A DNA stretch of 64,000 nucleotides from an uncultured Verrucomicrobiae bacterium (GCA_963836755.1 CAWIKF010000002.1:1824001-1888000); one strand, 5' to 3'; numbered from the stretch's first letter, positions 17,100 through 26,619 are shown. Notes: generated from the sequence alone by a model not told the origin. Program-made: numbers and translations.

Positions 17100-19025
17100 A
17101 TGGACGACGCGACGATCATAATTGGCGGTAACGCGGAAAGTTTTCGCACAGAGATGGCGAGGGCTGTGCAGGACGCTGAGCACGGCTTCCGCAGAATGCA
17201 CGGCACGGCCGGAGAGGCGAATGAGAAGATGCTCGTCAGCTCTCACCGAGTCGCCCACCAAATCAGCACTGTCGCCGGCGAATTAATTCGCGGCGGAGGC
17301 GCGGCCGATGTCTTTGCAGCTGGGCTCGAGGGCGTGGAGCGCAGTTTGCATCTGCCACTCGGCGCATTGGCCGGTCTCGGTATCGCCGCCATTTTTGCGG
17401 AGCAGATGGGCAAGGCTCGCGAAGAAGTGCAAAAGCTCGCTGACGAGCTGCACAACCTTTCAACCGACGCCTCCGAAAGTCCGCGTTTCAAATCGCTCGA
17501 GGACATGAATCGCGGTCTCGAGGAGATGAAAAAGAAAATCGAGGAGCTGCGCACCCAGGACAATTTTTTCAAAAACCCAAACGTTTGGCTCTACGAGCAT
17601 ATCGCCGAGGGTGCCGGCAACGCAAAGGCGCGGCGTGAGCAGGAATTGCAGGAAGCGAGAGAAGGACAATCGGACCTGCTGAAGGGCGTCGTCGATAGAA
17701 CGAACGAAGGCGCGGGCGAAAGCGAAGCGAAAAACCGGCTTGGGGATTTCGCGGCAGAACGCGCGAAGCTCGAGCGTGAGTTTGACGAGACCAAGGCAAA
17801 GCGCCTGGCTGCTGTTGGCCCACAGGATGATGCAAAAGACCTGATCGATGCGATGAACCGGCAACACGCGGCCGACATCGAAGCGTTAAACGAACGCGAA
17901 TCAGCGGCGAAGCGCGCAGTCGCGCTCGAGGAGAATATTGTCGCCATCAAAACCAAGGGACGCGACGTCGAGGTCGAGGTGGCCGAGGCGAGACTGAAGG
18001 CCGCAAACGATGAGGCGAATGTTGCGCCCGATGAGAAAAAAGCGGAAGCCACTGCGAAGATCCATGCGGCGGAACTCGAGCTGGAAAATGCACGTCGCTC
18101 CACTGCCGAAAAACGAAAGCAACTCGGCATTGAAACCGAGGTGGCGTCCCTGGTCGGAAGTGAAACCGCGAAGCGCATGCGCGCGAATGAACTCGAGCGC
18201 GAGGAGCTGGAGCGCCGTGCGAGCTTGGCGCGACCCGATGAGCAGTCGGCGATCTCGCGAGACCTTGCGCGCAATCGTGCCGAGGCGCGGACGCTGGAAA
18301 ATTCCGGCTACGATGAATTCGCGCAACAGCGGCGCGCTGAGATCGAATCGAACACCGCAGGCGGCACAATTGAGGACCAGCGCAAACGGCTGAAGGATTT
18401 GATCGCCCTTACCAATCAGCAGATAAATCAAAACACCGGAAGCGGCCGCCCCGATGAAGTGCAGTGCGCGTGGGATCTCGATGCCGCGCTTGCCGCGCAG
18501 AACCATCAGCTCGACGAAATCAATTACGCTTACCAGAAGCAGCTCGAAGCAGCTTCTTCGCAAACGGATGTTTTGGAACTGCAGCTCGACGGCCGCAGCT
18601 CGCTCGCGGAAATGGCGCGCACGTGCGCGGAGTATGACGAGCGAATTGCGCAGGCTTTGCACGAAGGAAAAAACGAGCTTGCCGATCAGCTCGAAAAACA
18701 AAAGCAGCTCAATCTCGAAAAGCAGGCGACGGCGAATTTTCTGAAAACGCCTGCGCAGCGTCGCGCGCAACGCGAGCAGGACCGGACGGAGCGGCGCGCT
18801 CATCACACCGTGGAAGCGCGCTGGGCAGACGAAGACGATCGGGTGAAGCGCGGCGTGAAGCTCGATGCGCGTCAGCAAAAGGAATACGACATGCGCCACG
18901 GTTTCAACGTGGGCGACAAGGCGCATCAGCCAGGCTCATCGACGAGCGTCGAGACTTTTCACGCGACGACTTTGAAGGTCGATAACTTCGTGGTGCCTGG
19001 CGAGAAAAACGGGGGAGGGAGGTAA
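17100..19025 (+). CDS. Tape measure protein
   Basis: 641 aa, Ala/Glu/Arg-rich coiled coil, IIIGGNAESF start. Confidence 0.75.
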   Translation: MDDATIIIGGNAESFRTEMARAVQDAEHGFRRMHGTAGEANEKMLVSSHRVAHQISTVAGELIRGGGAADVFAAGLEGVERSLHLPLGALAGLGIAAIFAEQMGKAREEVQKLADELHNLSTDASESPRFKSLEDMNRGLEEMKKKIEELRTQDNFFKNPNVWLYEHIAEGAGNAKARREQELQEAREGQSDLLKGVVDRTNEGAGESEAKNRLGDFAAERAKLEREFDETKAKRLAAVGPQDDAKDLIDAMNRQHAADIEALNERESAAKRAVALEENIVAIKTKGRDVEVEVAEARLKAANDEANVAPDEKKAEATAKIHAAELELENARRSTAEKRKQLGIETEVASLVGSETAKRMRANELEREELERRASLARPDEQSAISRDLARNRAEARTLENSGYDEFAQQRRAEIESNTAGGTIEDQRKRLKDLIALTNQQINQNTGSGRPDEVQCAWDLDAALAAQNHQLDEINYAYQKQLEAASSQTDVLELQLDGRSSLAEMARTCAEYDERIAQALHEGKNELADQLEKQKQLNLEKQATANFLKTPAQRRAQREQDRTERRAHHTVEARWADEDDRVKRGVKLDARQQKEYDMRHGFNVGDKAHQPGSSTSVETFHATTLKVDNFVVPGEKNGGGR

Positions 19026-19028
19026 GCG

Positions 19029-19655
19029 ATGTCCTTTATTCCATACCCGAATGTCCTTTGGGACGAACCGGATAATTTCAAGATCGCGAAGCCGTGCAGT
19101 GATGTCCTGGTTGAAAGGCCGTTTGAAAAATTCGGCGACACAAAAACACGGCTGTATAAACAAAAGTATTCGCAGGCGCGCACGAGCTTTGCGCCTCTGA
19201 CGATTGATTCGGGCGGCCCGATCGGCGGCAAGCTGGTGGATGAAACGGTCTGGGAGGACAAGGGCGCCGGCATCGGAGAATGGTGGCGCGTCTTCGCGGA
19301 TCTCCCGCAGTCGCATGACGAACCCGAGAGCTACGTCTATAACATGCAAAACATCGTCATCCAGGATGGAAGCGCGTCGCTTGCTGAAGTGGCGAAAATC
19401 GTCACGTCGCGCGTGCAGTGCGATTATTTTTGGGCTCCCCGCGGCATCTCGACGATCCCGATCATTTACGCGCTGAAGCTCGTGGAGCTCGGCGGAGTGG
19501 TCTACGCGACGCCGGACGCTTCTTACTATCCGCTAAAGCCGAATAGCAACGGTGAAGTGGTTGCGGAGGACAGCACAATCAAACGCTGGATTGGTAACTA
19601 CTACGAACGGCGCACGCGCTTCGTTCAATTCGCGACTATCGCGCAAATTCCGTGA
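19029..19655 (+). CDS. Tail tip/baseplate protein (putative)
   Basis: ORF directly after the tape measure gene. Confidence 0.5.
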   Translation: MSFIPYPNVLWDEPDNFKIAKPCSDVLVERPFEKFGDTKTRLYKQKYSQARTSFAPLTIDSGGPIGGKLVDETVWEDKGAGIGEWWRVFADLPQSHDEPESYVYNMQNIVIQDGSASLAEVAKIVTSRVQCDYFWAPRGISTIPIIYALKLVELGGVVYATPDASYYPLKPNSNGEVVAEDSTIKRWIGNYYERRTRFVQFATIAQIP

Positions 19656-20242
19656 AGAAGATCGACGAGCCAAAGGCAGGGCAGCCGGTGGCGATGCTTT
19701 ACCTTACCGTGGTGCAGTTGGTGAGGTTCGCGAACGCGCTGCTGAATCTCGTCGTTATCCAAACCGCTGGCGCCGGCTCGTTGCTTGTCTCTGATGCAAA
19801 CGCGACACTCATGGTCCCGCCAGGCGGAACGGCCGCGGCGAAATTGCCGTTTCAAATCGTTCCCGCAAACAACGCGACGCATCCGGGCCGCGTGATGATC
19901 GTGCCGAGCAATCTCGCCAGCGCCGCGCCAGATGGCTTTGGAACGGATCCGTTTTACCTGACGTGCGTCGATGGCGATCAAATCTACGGAAAGGTCGCTT
20001 ACTCCACGACCGGCAACACGATCGGCGCCGTGACCAGCCGCACGATCGCGAATGCGGGAACCGTTCCGGACGACGATATTTCCGCCGCGATTTTTTACTA
20101 CTCGATCGGCAACGTCGCCATCGATGCGAAAGGAAACATCAAGGCTACAAACCTTGCATACGGGCCGATCGATTGCGTGGCTACACGCCGCTGGTTCTCG
20201 AATCCGATCACGTATTTAATTGCGTGGAATGCTGCCACCTGA
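19652..20242 (+). CDS. Tail protein (putative)
   Basis: Coupled ORF in the tail cluster. Confidence 0.5.
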   Translation: MKKIDEPKAGQPVAMLYLTVVQLVRFANALLNLVVIQTAGAGSLLVSDANATLMVPPGGTAAAKLPFQIVPANNATHPGRVMIVPSNLASAAPDGFGTDPFYLTCVDGDQIYGKVAYSTTGNTIGAVTSRTIANAGTVPDDDISAAIFYYSIGNVAIDAKGNIKATNLAYGPIDCVATRRWFSNPITYLIAWNAAT

Positions 20243-20915
20243 GTTCACTGATCGGCCGCCAGTCTGGGCCGCTTTCCTTTTCCGGAAAGCCATAGGCACG
20301 AGCACGATTCATTCGCCCGATAGCAGCGCGGATGCCGCCCTTGCCCGCGCAGTCGCGCAGATGGTCTCGGTGATGCCTGGCTTCGACGGCACGCCGCCAA
20401 ACGTGGGCTTTAACGGAGGCCCATCTGGCGCGCCCTCGAACTTCATCACAAATCCTTTCTTCGTTTGCCCCATTTTCAGGAATGGCGATGCTCCCGGCCC
20501 CTACACTTATTATGCGGGCAATGACGCCTCCGCGAGTTTGCTCGTTTACTATACGCTCGTTGCGCTTTCCGCGACCTGCTACTACGAAGCATGGTGGGAT
20601 GAGGTGACGACGTGGACCGATTCAACTGGCACTGCGCAGAGCCAGACAGTCAACCGTCACTGGGTTTCAGACGCGGAGCTTTCCGTGGGCGGCCTCTGCC
20701 TTCCCGCTGGAGTAGGATTGCCGAGCGGCGTTCCGAATGTCTCAGACGTGCATGGCGTGTGGCCGTCCAGTGACGAGTTTGCATGGCAGATGCCTTCGAG
20801 CATCGGCGGCGGTTACAACATGAGCGTGCAGGGCAACATCGCAAATTTCCGATTCACGCAACGCGCTGATTACACGCCGCCGATCGACGGCTCTGCCAAC
20901 GGCTTTCCCGCTTAA
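20229..20915 (+). CDS. Tail protein (putative)
   Basis: Overlapping ORF, Gly/Ser/Trp-rich. Confidence 0.5.
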   Translation: MLPPEFTDRPPVWAAFLFRKAIGTSTIHSPDSSADAALARAVAQMVSVMPGFDGTPPNVGFNGGPSGAPSNFITNPFFVCPIFRNGDAPGPYTYYAGNDASASLLVYYTLVALSATCYYEAWWDEVTTWTDSTGTAQSQTVNRHWVSDAELSVGGLCLPAGVGLPSGVPNVSDVHGVWPSSDEFAWQMPSSIGGGYNMSVQGNIANFRFTQRADYTPPIDGSANGFPA

Positions 20916-20953
20916 GCACCGCGCCGCACGCGTTGACATCCCGGCGCGGTTGG

Positions 20954-22312
20954 ATGCCCACGCCGACGCTCGACTGTCTCATCAATATTCGCGACCCGCA
21001 GAAAACGGGGTTGCTCGTGAACTTCAATTCCGAGGGCGTTCTCACCCAAGGTCTCGGAAACCTTTTCCGCAACGACGGCGAGCAGCTCCGTCTCCGCTTC
21101 GTCGAGCCGAGCAAAAGCGGTGTGCGGTTCTGGGATTATGTCGATGTCTCCACGGCCGCGATTCGCGTGGCAATCGGCCTCGCTGACAAAACGCCATCGG
21201 CAGGCACTTTCTTCCTCGAGTGCGGCGCCGCGCTCACCAACGGGCTTCTCACGACTGGCAAACGATACTTCATCAGCGCTTTCAACGCGGGCGATAACTT
21301 TTCAAACGTAGGTGCGGCGACAAACGCGGCCGGCGTCATTTTCATCGCGAGCGGAACTACTCCAACTGTCTGGACTCACGCCAGCTCGCTTTACGAAATC
21401 ACAGCCGATCAGGCTTTCAATGTCGCCGCCGCGGACCTGCAGACCGCGCTCAATGCGACGGCCGCGATCACGGCCGCTGGCGGTGTCACCGTCACGCTCG
21501 AGGAGACGGCGAATTACCTCGTCACTTTTAACACTCTCGCCGCGCAGGTTCTCCTGGGCTGGAACGCCGCGAACCTCACGCCGACTAGCGTCATCAGCGT
21601 TTCGCGACTGGTGACTGGCAGCGCGCAGGCGCATGAAGTCCAGCTCGTCCGGCTCATCCAGGTTCCCTACGCTTATGCCGAACCATCGACCGCGCTCGAT
21701 GCGGCGAGTGTCGCGCTCGCTGAGCTGCAGGCTGGTGCGACAAACAAGCCTGAGATTTTCCGCGCCACAATTTCGGAGAGCTATGATGGCGTTTGGACGC
21801 TGACGATCGGCGCGGACACTTTTGTTTTTCCATACAATGCCAGCCAGTCCGCAGCGCAAGCGCTCATCGGCACCGACTGGACCGTCACGCATGACGATGG
21901 GAGCTACATCTACGTTTTCACCAAGGCCGCAAATGGTGTGTTCGATTACAGCACGGTCAGCGCGAGCCCGGCCGGCTTGTTCGTAGCGATCGGCGTAAGC
22001 GGCTCTCTCGCGCTGAATACCTTCGGGATGTTCCAGGCTTTCGCAGCTGCAGGGACTGACACGCTCGCGCTCATTTATGAAATAGAGCTTCAATTCCCCG
22101 GCGAGACCCCACGCACGGTCCTGCACATTTCGGTAACTCTCACGCGTGACGTCATCGACCTCGCCACGATGATCCAGACGCCGCTGCCGAGCTACTACAC
22201 GGCCGCAGAATGCGACGCGCGTTTCGCGCCGTTGACTCTCGCGGACCAGAGCAACGGCAAGACCTACAAGCTGGTCTTCGTCAACGGTCTGCCCAGCGGA
22301 CAGGAACAGTAA
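20954..22312 (+). CDS. Baseplate/tail fibre-associated structural protein
   Basis: Thr/Ala-rich beta protein with YYTAAECDARF fibre-type motif; TTGACA-N15-ATG. Confidence 0.55.
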   Translation: MPTPTLDCLINIRDPQKTGLLVNFNSEGVLTQGLGNLFRNDGEQLRLRFVEPSKSGVRFWDYVDVSTAAIRVAIGLADKTPSAGTFFLECGAALTNGLLTTGKRYFISAFNAGDNFSNVGAATNAAGVIFIASGTTPTVWTHASSLYEITADQAFNVAAADLQTALNATAAITAAGGVTVTLEETANYLVTFNTLAAQVLLGWNAANLTPTSVISVSRLVTGSAQAHEVQLVRLIQVPYAYAEPSTALDAASVALAELQAGATNKPEIFRATISESYDGVWTLTIGADTFVFPYNASQSAAQALIGTDWTVTHDDGSYIYVFTKAANGVFDYSTVSASPAGLFVAIGVSGSLALNTFGMFQAFAAAGTDTLALIYEIELQFPGETPRTVLHISVTLTRDVIDLATMIQTPLPSYYTAAECDARFAPLTLADQSNGKTYKLVFVNGLPSGQEQ

Positions 22313-22318
22313 TTTCGC

Positions 22319-23989
22319 ATGAAAAACATCTTCGCACTTCTCACTTTCGTTTGTTTTACATCCGTCCTTCTCGCCGCGCCTGGTGACATCGTAACTCCGC
22401 AGGCTCACAGCTCCGCGCTCGACGCGGTTTCCGCAAACTCCGGCACGCTCGATCTCACCGGCACGGTGCTGAGCCTCGGAAACGCTCCCAGCGGCGACTG
22501 GGTTACTTTCGAGGGCGTCGCTGGCGACGGCAGCGGGTTGTATAACATTCTCGGTTCGTTAAGCAGCCTTACTGACCTCGACAACGAAGTTGGGAATGCG
22601 GCTAGCGAAGGCTTTATTCCGGAGATTGACGCGCCCAACTGGTCGATTAATTCGGACGGAACCGCAAACTTCGCCAATTTCGGGAACATCAGTAATACGG
22701 CGTTCAGCGGCACCGTCACGATCGGCAATGGCTCCATCACGATCGGAGCTGCAGGTCAGATTTCCGCGTTGGTGAATCCAACCAACCTCGTGCTCACGAC
22801 AGGCAGCTATTCGGATCCCGCCTGGCTGACTTTGAGCAAAACGAAAGTCGGTCTCTCGAATGTCAGCAACACGGCTTTCAGCGGCACCTATTCGGCGGGC
22901 AACGGCTCGATCACGATCGGCGCGGCCGGCCAGATTTCCGCGTTCACGAGTCCGACAAATCTCGTCATCACCAGCAACAACGGCAGCGACTTTTCCAACG
23001 TCGCGACCGTTCGAACGAATCTCAAAACTCCGTTTTCAAAGCATGTCGCGAAGTCGGCGAATTTCTCCGTCGCGGCCGCTGATTGCGGAACCGTCTTCGA
23101 CGTAACGACGAGCACGAACTCGATCGTCGTCACACTCGACACGGCCGCAAATCTCGGCACGAATTTTCAATGCTTGATCCGCAAGGTGGACGCGGCTGCC
23201 GGCACGATCGTCGCGAACTCGCAGATGGTCGCCGTCAACAACCATTGGATCGAGGTCGATAGCGATGGCACTACCATTCGCTCCAAGACGATCCAGGGCG
23301 CGATGGACTCGAGCGGGAATTTCACGCTCTCTACCGGCAACAACGGCAACATCAATTTGTCGCCGAACGGCACCGGCACGATCAACCTCAACGGTCCCGT
23401 CGCGGCGAGTGGAAACATCGTCGCAAACGGCACACACAACACCGCGCCGAACCAAGTCGGAGTCACGCCCGCAAGCAGCGACCTCATCACCACGGCGCAG
23501 CTCGATGCGCGTGCGGGCGTGTTTTACAAGCTGATCCTTTCTGCTGATCTCTCGGCTCCGAGCACGAGTTTTGTCACGTCCACCGACTCGGTTACACTTC
23601 CGGCAGGCACCTATCGTTTTTACGTCATTCTCCACGCCGACACCGCGTCGAGCACTGCGGGCATTTCGGCGCAATTAATTTGGAGCACGGAATGCAGCGG
23701 CGGCTGCTGGGTAGCGCAAAATTACACCTCTTCCTCGCAGGGAAGCACTTTCGCCGCGCTCACAGCTTCATCTATTCAAATGCGCAGCGATGTCAGTGTA
23801 GCTGCTTACATGTGCTCTCCGATCGGGGACGCTCCGATCAAGACTGCATGCGGCATTAGCCAAGGGACAGTGACGTTCGCTTCGTCGACGACTTTGCACT
23901 TTCAAGTAGGCCAGCGCAGCGCCACGGATGGCTCAAACCCGACGATCCTCCGCGCGAAATCGTTCATTGTTTTCCAGCAACTACCATGA
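22319..23989 (+). CDS. Tail fibre-like protein with a signal-peptide-like N-terminus and an internal repeat
   Basis: Ser/Thr/Gly/Asn-rich; NNGSDFSNVATVRTNL and NGNINLSPNGTG fibre-type motifs. Confidence 0.6.
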   Translation: MKNIFALLTFVCFTSVLLAAPGDIVTPQAHSSALDAVSANSGTLDLTGTVLSLGNAPSGDWVTFEGVAGDGSGLYNILGSLSSLTDLDNEVGNAASEGFIPEIDAPNWSINSDGTANFANFGNISNTAFSGTVTIGNGSITIGAAGQISALVNPTNLVLTTGSYSDPAWLTLSKTKVGLSNVSNTAFSGTYSAGNGSITIGAAGQISAFTSPTNLVITSNNGSDFSNVATVRTNLKTPFSKHVAKSANFSVAAADCGTVFDVTTSTNSIVVTLDTAANLGTNFQCLIRKVDAAAGTIVANSQMVAVNNHWIEVDSDGTTIRSKTIQGAMDSSGNFTLSTGNNGNINLSPNGTGTINLNGPVAASGNIVANGTHNTAPNQVGVTPASSDLITTAQLDARAGVFYKLILSADLSAPSTSFVTSTDSVTLPAGTYRFYVILHADTASSTAGISAQLIWSTECSGGCWVAQNYTSSSQGSTFAALTASSIQMRSDVSVAAYMCSPIGDAPIKTACGISQGTVTFASSTTLHFQVGQRSATDGSNPTILRAKSFIVFQQLP

Positions 23990-24426
23990 AGACCACACGA
24001 CAAATTTTCATAGCTGCGGATTGCCAGAGCGCGACTGTCTTCCAAAACGAGGACGGCATTAACCGCTCTCGCGCGGTAGCTGTCGCGGATCTGCCTGTCG
24101 AACTGCAAACCGCGTGGCCGGCGATGGTCGCGGCGCTGCAAGGCTGGGCGCCGTCGCCGCAGATAGTGGATTTCCCGATCATCATCGACTGGCTGCCGAA
24201 TGCCCACGTGAGCGGCTCGACGCCGGTCGAAGTGCCGGAGACCACGGACGCAGGCGGCACCATCATCGCCGCGCATGAAGGCACGGAGCCGACGTTTGAC
24301 GACGACTTCCTCGTGACCTTCGGATCGCACCTGCCAGACGGCGGAATCTGCGAAGGCGTGAGTCAGCATCCAGACGACGCCGGACGCGCATTTTTGCAGG
24401 CGCTCTGGGCTTTCCTGAACTCGTAA
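23986..24426 (+). CDS. Acidic hypothetical protein, possible fibre chaperone
   Basis: 146 aa, coupled to the fibre gene. Confidence 0.45.
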   Translation: MKTTRQIFIAADCQSATVFQNEDGINRSRAVAVADLPVELQTAWPAMVAALQGWAPSPQIVDFPIIIDWLPNAHVSGSTPVEVPETTDAGGTIIAAHEGTEPTFDDDFLVTFGSHLPDGGICEGVSQHPDDAGRAFLQALWAFLNS

Positions 24427-24500
24427 AAAAATGGCCGGGCGTGCGGGACAGTCACACCGGCCGGCGTTGAGGGAATCGCCACTGCCGGCTCCCTCGCGGC
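24425..24500 (-). ncRNA. Candidate structured small RNA, copy B
   Basis: Same 15-nt core inside stem GAGGGA/TCCCTC; GGCCGG hairpin plus T-run; TTGTCA-N17-TAACCT upstream on the minus strand. Confidence 0.5.
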
Positions 24501-24548
24501 AGTCAAAGGTTACAGCTCAGACAAGAAGTTGACAATGCCCACGCTAGT

Positions 24549-24857
24549 GTGAGCAGCGAAGAAATCAGAGCCGCCCTCGAGGCGAATAAAACCGACGTCA
24601 CGAGATCTGTCGTGCGCGTGAATCTCACCGCATTTGTCATCATGGCGCTCTCACTCATCGGCTGGACCTACGAAGGCACCGTCTACAAGAAAGACCTGGA
24701 GAAGCGTGTCGACATAAACTCCTCGGACAGGTGGAAAGGCGCGCACCAGGTGGAATGGGCCTTCGAATGCACGATGCTCAATCCCGGCTTCAAGGCGCCC
24801 GATGTGCGCGCAATTCAGCGCAGCGTGAACGAGCAAAACGAGCAAACAACTCGTTAA
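24549..24857 (+). CDS. Single-TM phage membrane protein
   Basis: Hydrophobic LTAFVIMALSLIGW segment; TTGACA-N14-GTG. Confidence 0.55.
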   Translation: MSSEEIRAALEANKTDVTRSVVRVNLTAFVIMALSLIGWTYEGTVYKKDLEKRVDINSSDRWKGAHQVEWAFECTMLNPGFKAPDVRAIQRSVNEQNEQTTR

Positions 24858-24907
24858 ACAAATACAAATCACAGGCCTGCCGCACGCGTTGACATTCGGC
24901 AGCCGGG

Positions 24908-25363
24908 ATGAGGTGGATACTCGTTGCGGCCTGTTTTCTAACGTTCCGAGCGCAGGCGGAAACGCCTTACGATCCCTATTTCGCAAACGTCCGCGAAACG
25001 CTCGCACAGCTGCACGGCCGCGAGCTCGATTTCGCCCATGTCTGCGCGCTTGTCCGCGAAGGCCATTCCTTTACCTATCGCTTCACCGATCCTTACACCC
25101 CGGAAGCGCCGGAAGTGACCGCGCGCGACCGTGCCGGCGATTGCAAGGACAAGGCGCTCTGGCTCGCCAGCAAGCTCGGCGATGCGAGCGTCGTCTTCGT
25201 AATCGGTTACATCCGTCCCGCCTCGCGCATGGCGCATGCGTGGCTGCGATGGCGGGACGCCAGCGGGCTCGAATGGGTGCTCGATTGCACGAATTTTGAC
25301 TCGCCTCTTATCGCGCCGGACGGCTGGTATCGTGCCACCTATACTTACATTGCGCCGCGTTGA
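24908..25363 (+). CDS. Exported transglutaminase-like cysteine peptidase
   Basis: Signal peptide; GDCKDKA, HAWL and VLD give a Cys-His-Asp triad. Confidence 0.75.
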   Translation: MRWILVAACFLTFRAQAETPYDPYFANVRETLAQLHGRELDFAHVCALVREGHSFTYRFTDPYTPEAPEVTARDRAGDCKDKALWLASKLGDASVVFVIGYIRPASRMAHAWLRWRDASGLEWVLDCTNFDSPLIAPDGWYRATYTYIAPR

Positions 25364-25378
25364 CATGCACGCGCTGGC

Positions 25379-25780
25379 ATGAACAAAGCCGCCGTCTGTC
25401 GCGTCCTCTCTCTCGTTGTCAAAGTCTGCTCACTCGTCTCCGGACTCGCGGCTTATTCGCAGATGATCCCTGCGAAATATGTGCCGATCGCCGTCCTGGC
25501 CTTCGCAGCTGCGTCGATCGTGAAGGATGCGGCGAATCGCTTCGAGGACGCGGTCAACAGACTCCCCGCGAAAGCGCTGATGCTGCTCATCGGCCTCGGC
25601 GTCGCGCTTTGTTTTACAAGTGCGTGCGCAAACGATCCCTTCGACACCGGCTTCCGCAGGCGCGTCAGCGCGGTGAACGTGAACGCCGGCGCTGAGTTCG
25701 ACCCGACCACTAAAGATGTGACCGGCACCGTCGCCACGGAATTTGTTCTGCGGGATCCTGACGCCGGACTCTCGAAGTAA
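25379..25780 (+). CDS. Holin-like membrane protein with a lipoprotein-like C-terminal half
   Basis: Three hydrophobic segments, the third ending FTSAC. Confidence 0.45.
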   Translation: MNKAAVCRVLSLVVKVCSLVSGLAAYSQMIPAKYVPIAVLAFAAASIVKDAANRFEDAVNRLPAKALMLLIGLGVALCFTSACANDPFDTGFRRRVSAVNVNAGAEFDPTTKDVTGTVATEFVLRDPDAGLSK

Positions 25781-25809
25781 TCACGCGGCAACCACGGGAA
25801 CTTTTCGAG

Positions 25810-26619
25810 ATGCGCGGCATCCTGAGCCTCTGGACTCGCACGCCGCATTTCCGCATGCGGCGCGGGCCGCTGCTGATCCAGACGCTCGCGATCTGCCTCG
25901 CGAATGAATTTTTCGCTGAAACCGGCCTCGTCACCGATGCGCCTGGGCAGGCGCTTGCTGCAATCTTCGGCTGGCGTTTTTCGGATTGTTCAACCGCGCT
26001 CGAGGATTTCGCTGGCGAAGGCCTCGGGCATATCTGGGCGCTCGGAAAGCTGCACGCGTGCGCGCTGCAGGATCGGCCGTTTGTGCAATTCGATGCCGAC
26101 GCGCTGATCACGCATCTTCCCGAACGCCTGTTAAACGCTCCGTTGATTGCGCAATCGCCCGATTTTCCGGAATACTATTTAGGCTCGGACATGGAGGCTG
26201 CTTTTCGCATTGGCGAAATGGATCCGGCCCGCGGTCGCCACGTCGCGTTCAACGGTGGATTGCTCGGCGGGTGTGATGTGCCGCTGGTCCGTGCGTATGC
26301 CTGGGCAGGTCTCGATCTCGCGAAGCGATTCCGCCACTGCGCTCTGAACGGAACGACGACATCCATGTTCATTGAGCAGTATCAGCTCGCGCGATTCGCG
26401 GAGCGGGTCGGCGTCCAGGTGACGACGCTTTGTGACGATTGCGTGACCGACCCTGATTCGACGCCCGGTTACTGTCACCTGGTCGGTTCGCTGAAACATA
26501 GCGTGGAGCGCATCGCACGAGCTGAGGCGTGGCTTCAAAAAGACTTTCCGGAAGAGTATCGCCGCTTCGTTGCCGGCTGGGAATTTCTCTCGCGATCGGA
26601 AATCGCGCCATCCTCATGA
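25810..26619 (+). CDS. DUF6734-like, putative GT-A fold protein
   Basis: IWALGKL...Q..PFVQFDAD (DxD), FNGGLLGG, EQ, YCHLVG. Confidence 0.55.
   Translation: MRGILSLWTRTPHFRMRRGPLLIQTLAICLANEFFAETGLVTDAPGQALAAIFGWRFSDCSTALEDFAGEGLGHIWALGKLHACALQDRPFVQFDADALITHLPERLLNAPLIAQSPDFPEYYLGSDMEAAFRIGEMDPARGRHVAFNGGLLGGCDVPLVRAYAWAGLDLAKRFRHCALNGTTTSMFIEQYQLARFAERVGVQVTTLCDDCVTDPDSTPGYCHLVGSLKHSVERIARAEAWLQKDFPEEYRRFVAGWEFLSRSEIAPSS

Noticed and set aside
15005..19655. Contractile tail, tailocin or eCIS
   Set aside because: No sheath or baseplate wedge genes were recognised, and a complete head/packaging module is present.
22685..22975. Diversity-generating retroelement TR/VR pair
   Set aside because: Both copies are in frame within one CDS, differences are not adenine-specific, and no reverse transcriptase is in the window.
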